Source of the DNA: Waterburya sp.
Lineage (GTDB): Bacteria; Cyanobacteriota; Cyanobacteriia; Cyanobacteriales; Xenococcaceae
NCBI GenBank assembly: GCA_965218645.1
Contig: OZ244627.1
Coordinates: 3,563,771-3,587,770 of the forward strand
Length of the DNA: 24,000 bases
Reading direction: 5' to 3'
The notes under the pieces are model-generated. The model was not told where the DNA came from. It searched no databases and saw only the letters and a list, made by a program, of their open reading frames with translations. Position 1 is the stretch's first letter. The number at the start of each line of letters is the position of its first letter. A program made the translations under genes and the position numbers. Below, piece by piece: positions 23,570-24,000 of this stretch.

Positions 23570-23666
23570 CCAAGTTACCAGGTAATCAATAGCGATCGCT
23601 TCTTGATGCAGTCGCTTATGGGGGAAACCCCCAAGACCGCGCTGCATCGCTTTGACTGGTATTTGG
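23570..23666. repeat. About 97-nt extended imperfect hairpin (MITE-like or structured-RNA element) in the sbpA-cysT spacer
   Basis: Nested pairings: ccaa/ttgg (23570-73/23663-66), taccag/ctggta (23576-81/23656-61), tcaa/ttga (23586-89/23652-55), gatgcag/ctgcatc (23605-11/23642-48), and an apical ggggg-aaa-ccccc (23620-23632). Confidence 0.45.
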
Positions 23667-23791
23667 TAGAAATTTTGGGAACATTTGAAGATTTGTTTTT
23701 TACAATTAATTGCTGGGAGGAACTAGGAGTCGAAAAATATTTGGTAATTCCAGCTTAATAGTTGCCTCAGTAAACCATAAACCATAAATTT

Positions 23792-24000
23792 ATGACTAGT
23801 CTTCAATCCAAGTTGCGATCGCGATTGACTCGCAACTATCAGCAAAGCAACGCCAAGAAAATTTCCCTTCCTTGGGTAATGACCATCAGCTATTTGAGCT
23901 TGATTCTACTCTTGCCTTTGGCAGCTTTAATTACTAAGTCTCTAAGCATCGGCACGGTTGAATTTTGGCAAACTGCTACCGATCCTGTTGCCCTGTCAGC
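23792..24000 (+). CDS. cysT: Sulfate ABC transporter permease CysT, N-terminal part (continues beyond the window)
   Basis: ATG at 23792. MTSLQSKLRSRLTRNYQQSNAKKISLPWVMTISYLSLILLLPLAALITKSL... is the typical CysT N-terminus (the LPG/W...YLSLIVLLPL region). Its position after sbpA supports the call. Confidence 0.75.
   Translation, partial: MTSLQSKLRSRLTRNYQQSNAKKISLPWVMTISYLSLILLLPLAALITKSLSIGTVEFWQTATDPVALS

Noticed and set aside
1-24000. CRISPR arrays, rRNA/tRNA genes, integrases or transposases
   Set aside because: No regularly spaced direct repeats with unique spacers were seen. No rRNA or tRNA signatures were seen, and no ORF has recombinase or transposase motifs. The recurring GCGATCGC octamers are HIP1 sites, not CRISPR repeats.

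Overview
This is a chromosomal segment from a low-GC cyanobacterium. I located the HIP1 octamer GCGATCGC by eye at least 31 times in 24 kb, which supports that assignment. Most of the window is ordinary housekeeping or transport: an NCS2 purine permease, an EamA/DMT transporter, an SLH-OprB porin, mutS2, grxC, nfi, an MFS transporter, upp, Fe-sodB, and sbpA-cysT for sulfate uptake. Several parts deserve a closer look. (1) A compact three-gene module at 13.7-16.4 kb encodes a MotA/ExbB/TolQ-family channel protein with a ~210-aa C-terminal helical tail, followed by two divergent paralogous ExbD/TolR-like anchor proteins. One paralog keeps the transmembrane Asp and the other has Ser there. No TonB/TolA partner is visible, and a Uma2 nuclease lies directly downstream. 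This is my best candidate for an undescribed system. (2) A ~865-aa protein built from three ~280-aa modules (HEAT-like repeat plus an unknown domain) is split into two ORFs by a perfect 19-bp tandem duplication. (3) A RelE-type toxin-antitoxin cassette is bracketed by two ~91% identical 144-bp copies of the 3' end of the upstream gene. (4) A 150-bp GC-rich, highly structured insertion sits in frame inside the Uma2 nuclease gene. (5) An AAA+ ATPase gene has decayed and lacks its P-loop. (6) A 47-aa high-light-inducible protein gene is missing from the ORF track. (7) A TGTATAC-N-GTATAC motif recurs upstream of three transporter or porin genes. All functional calls rest on motif recognition by eye; no database search was possible.
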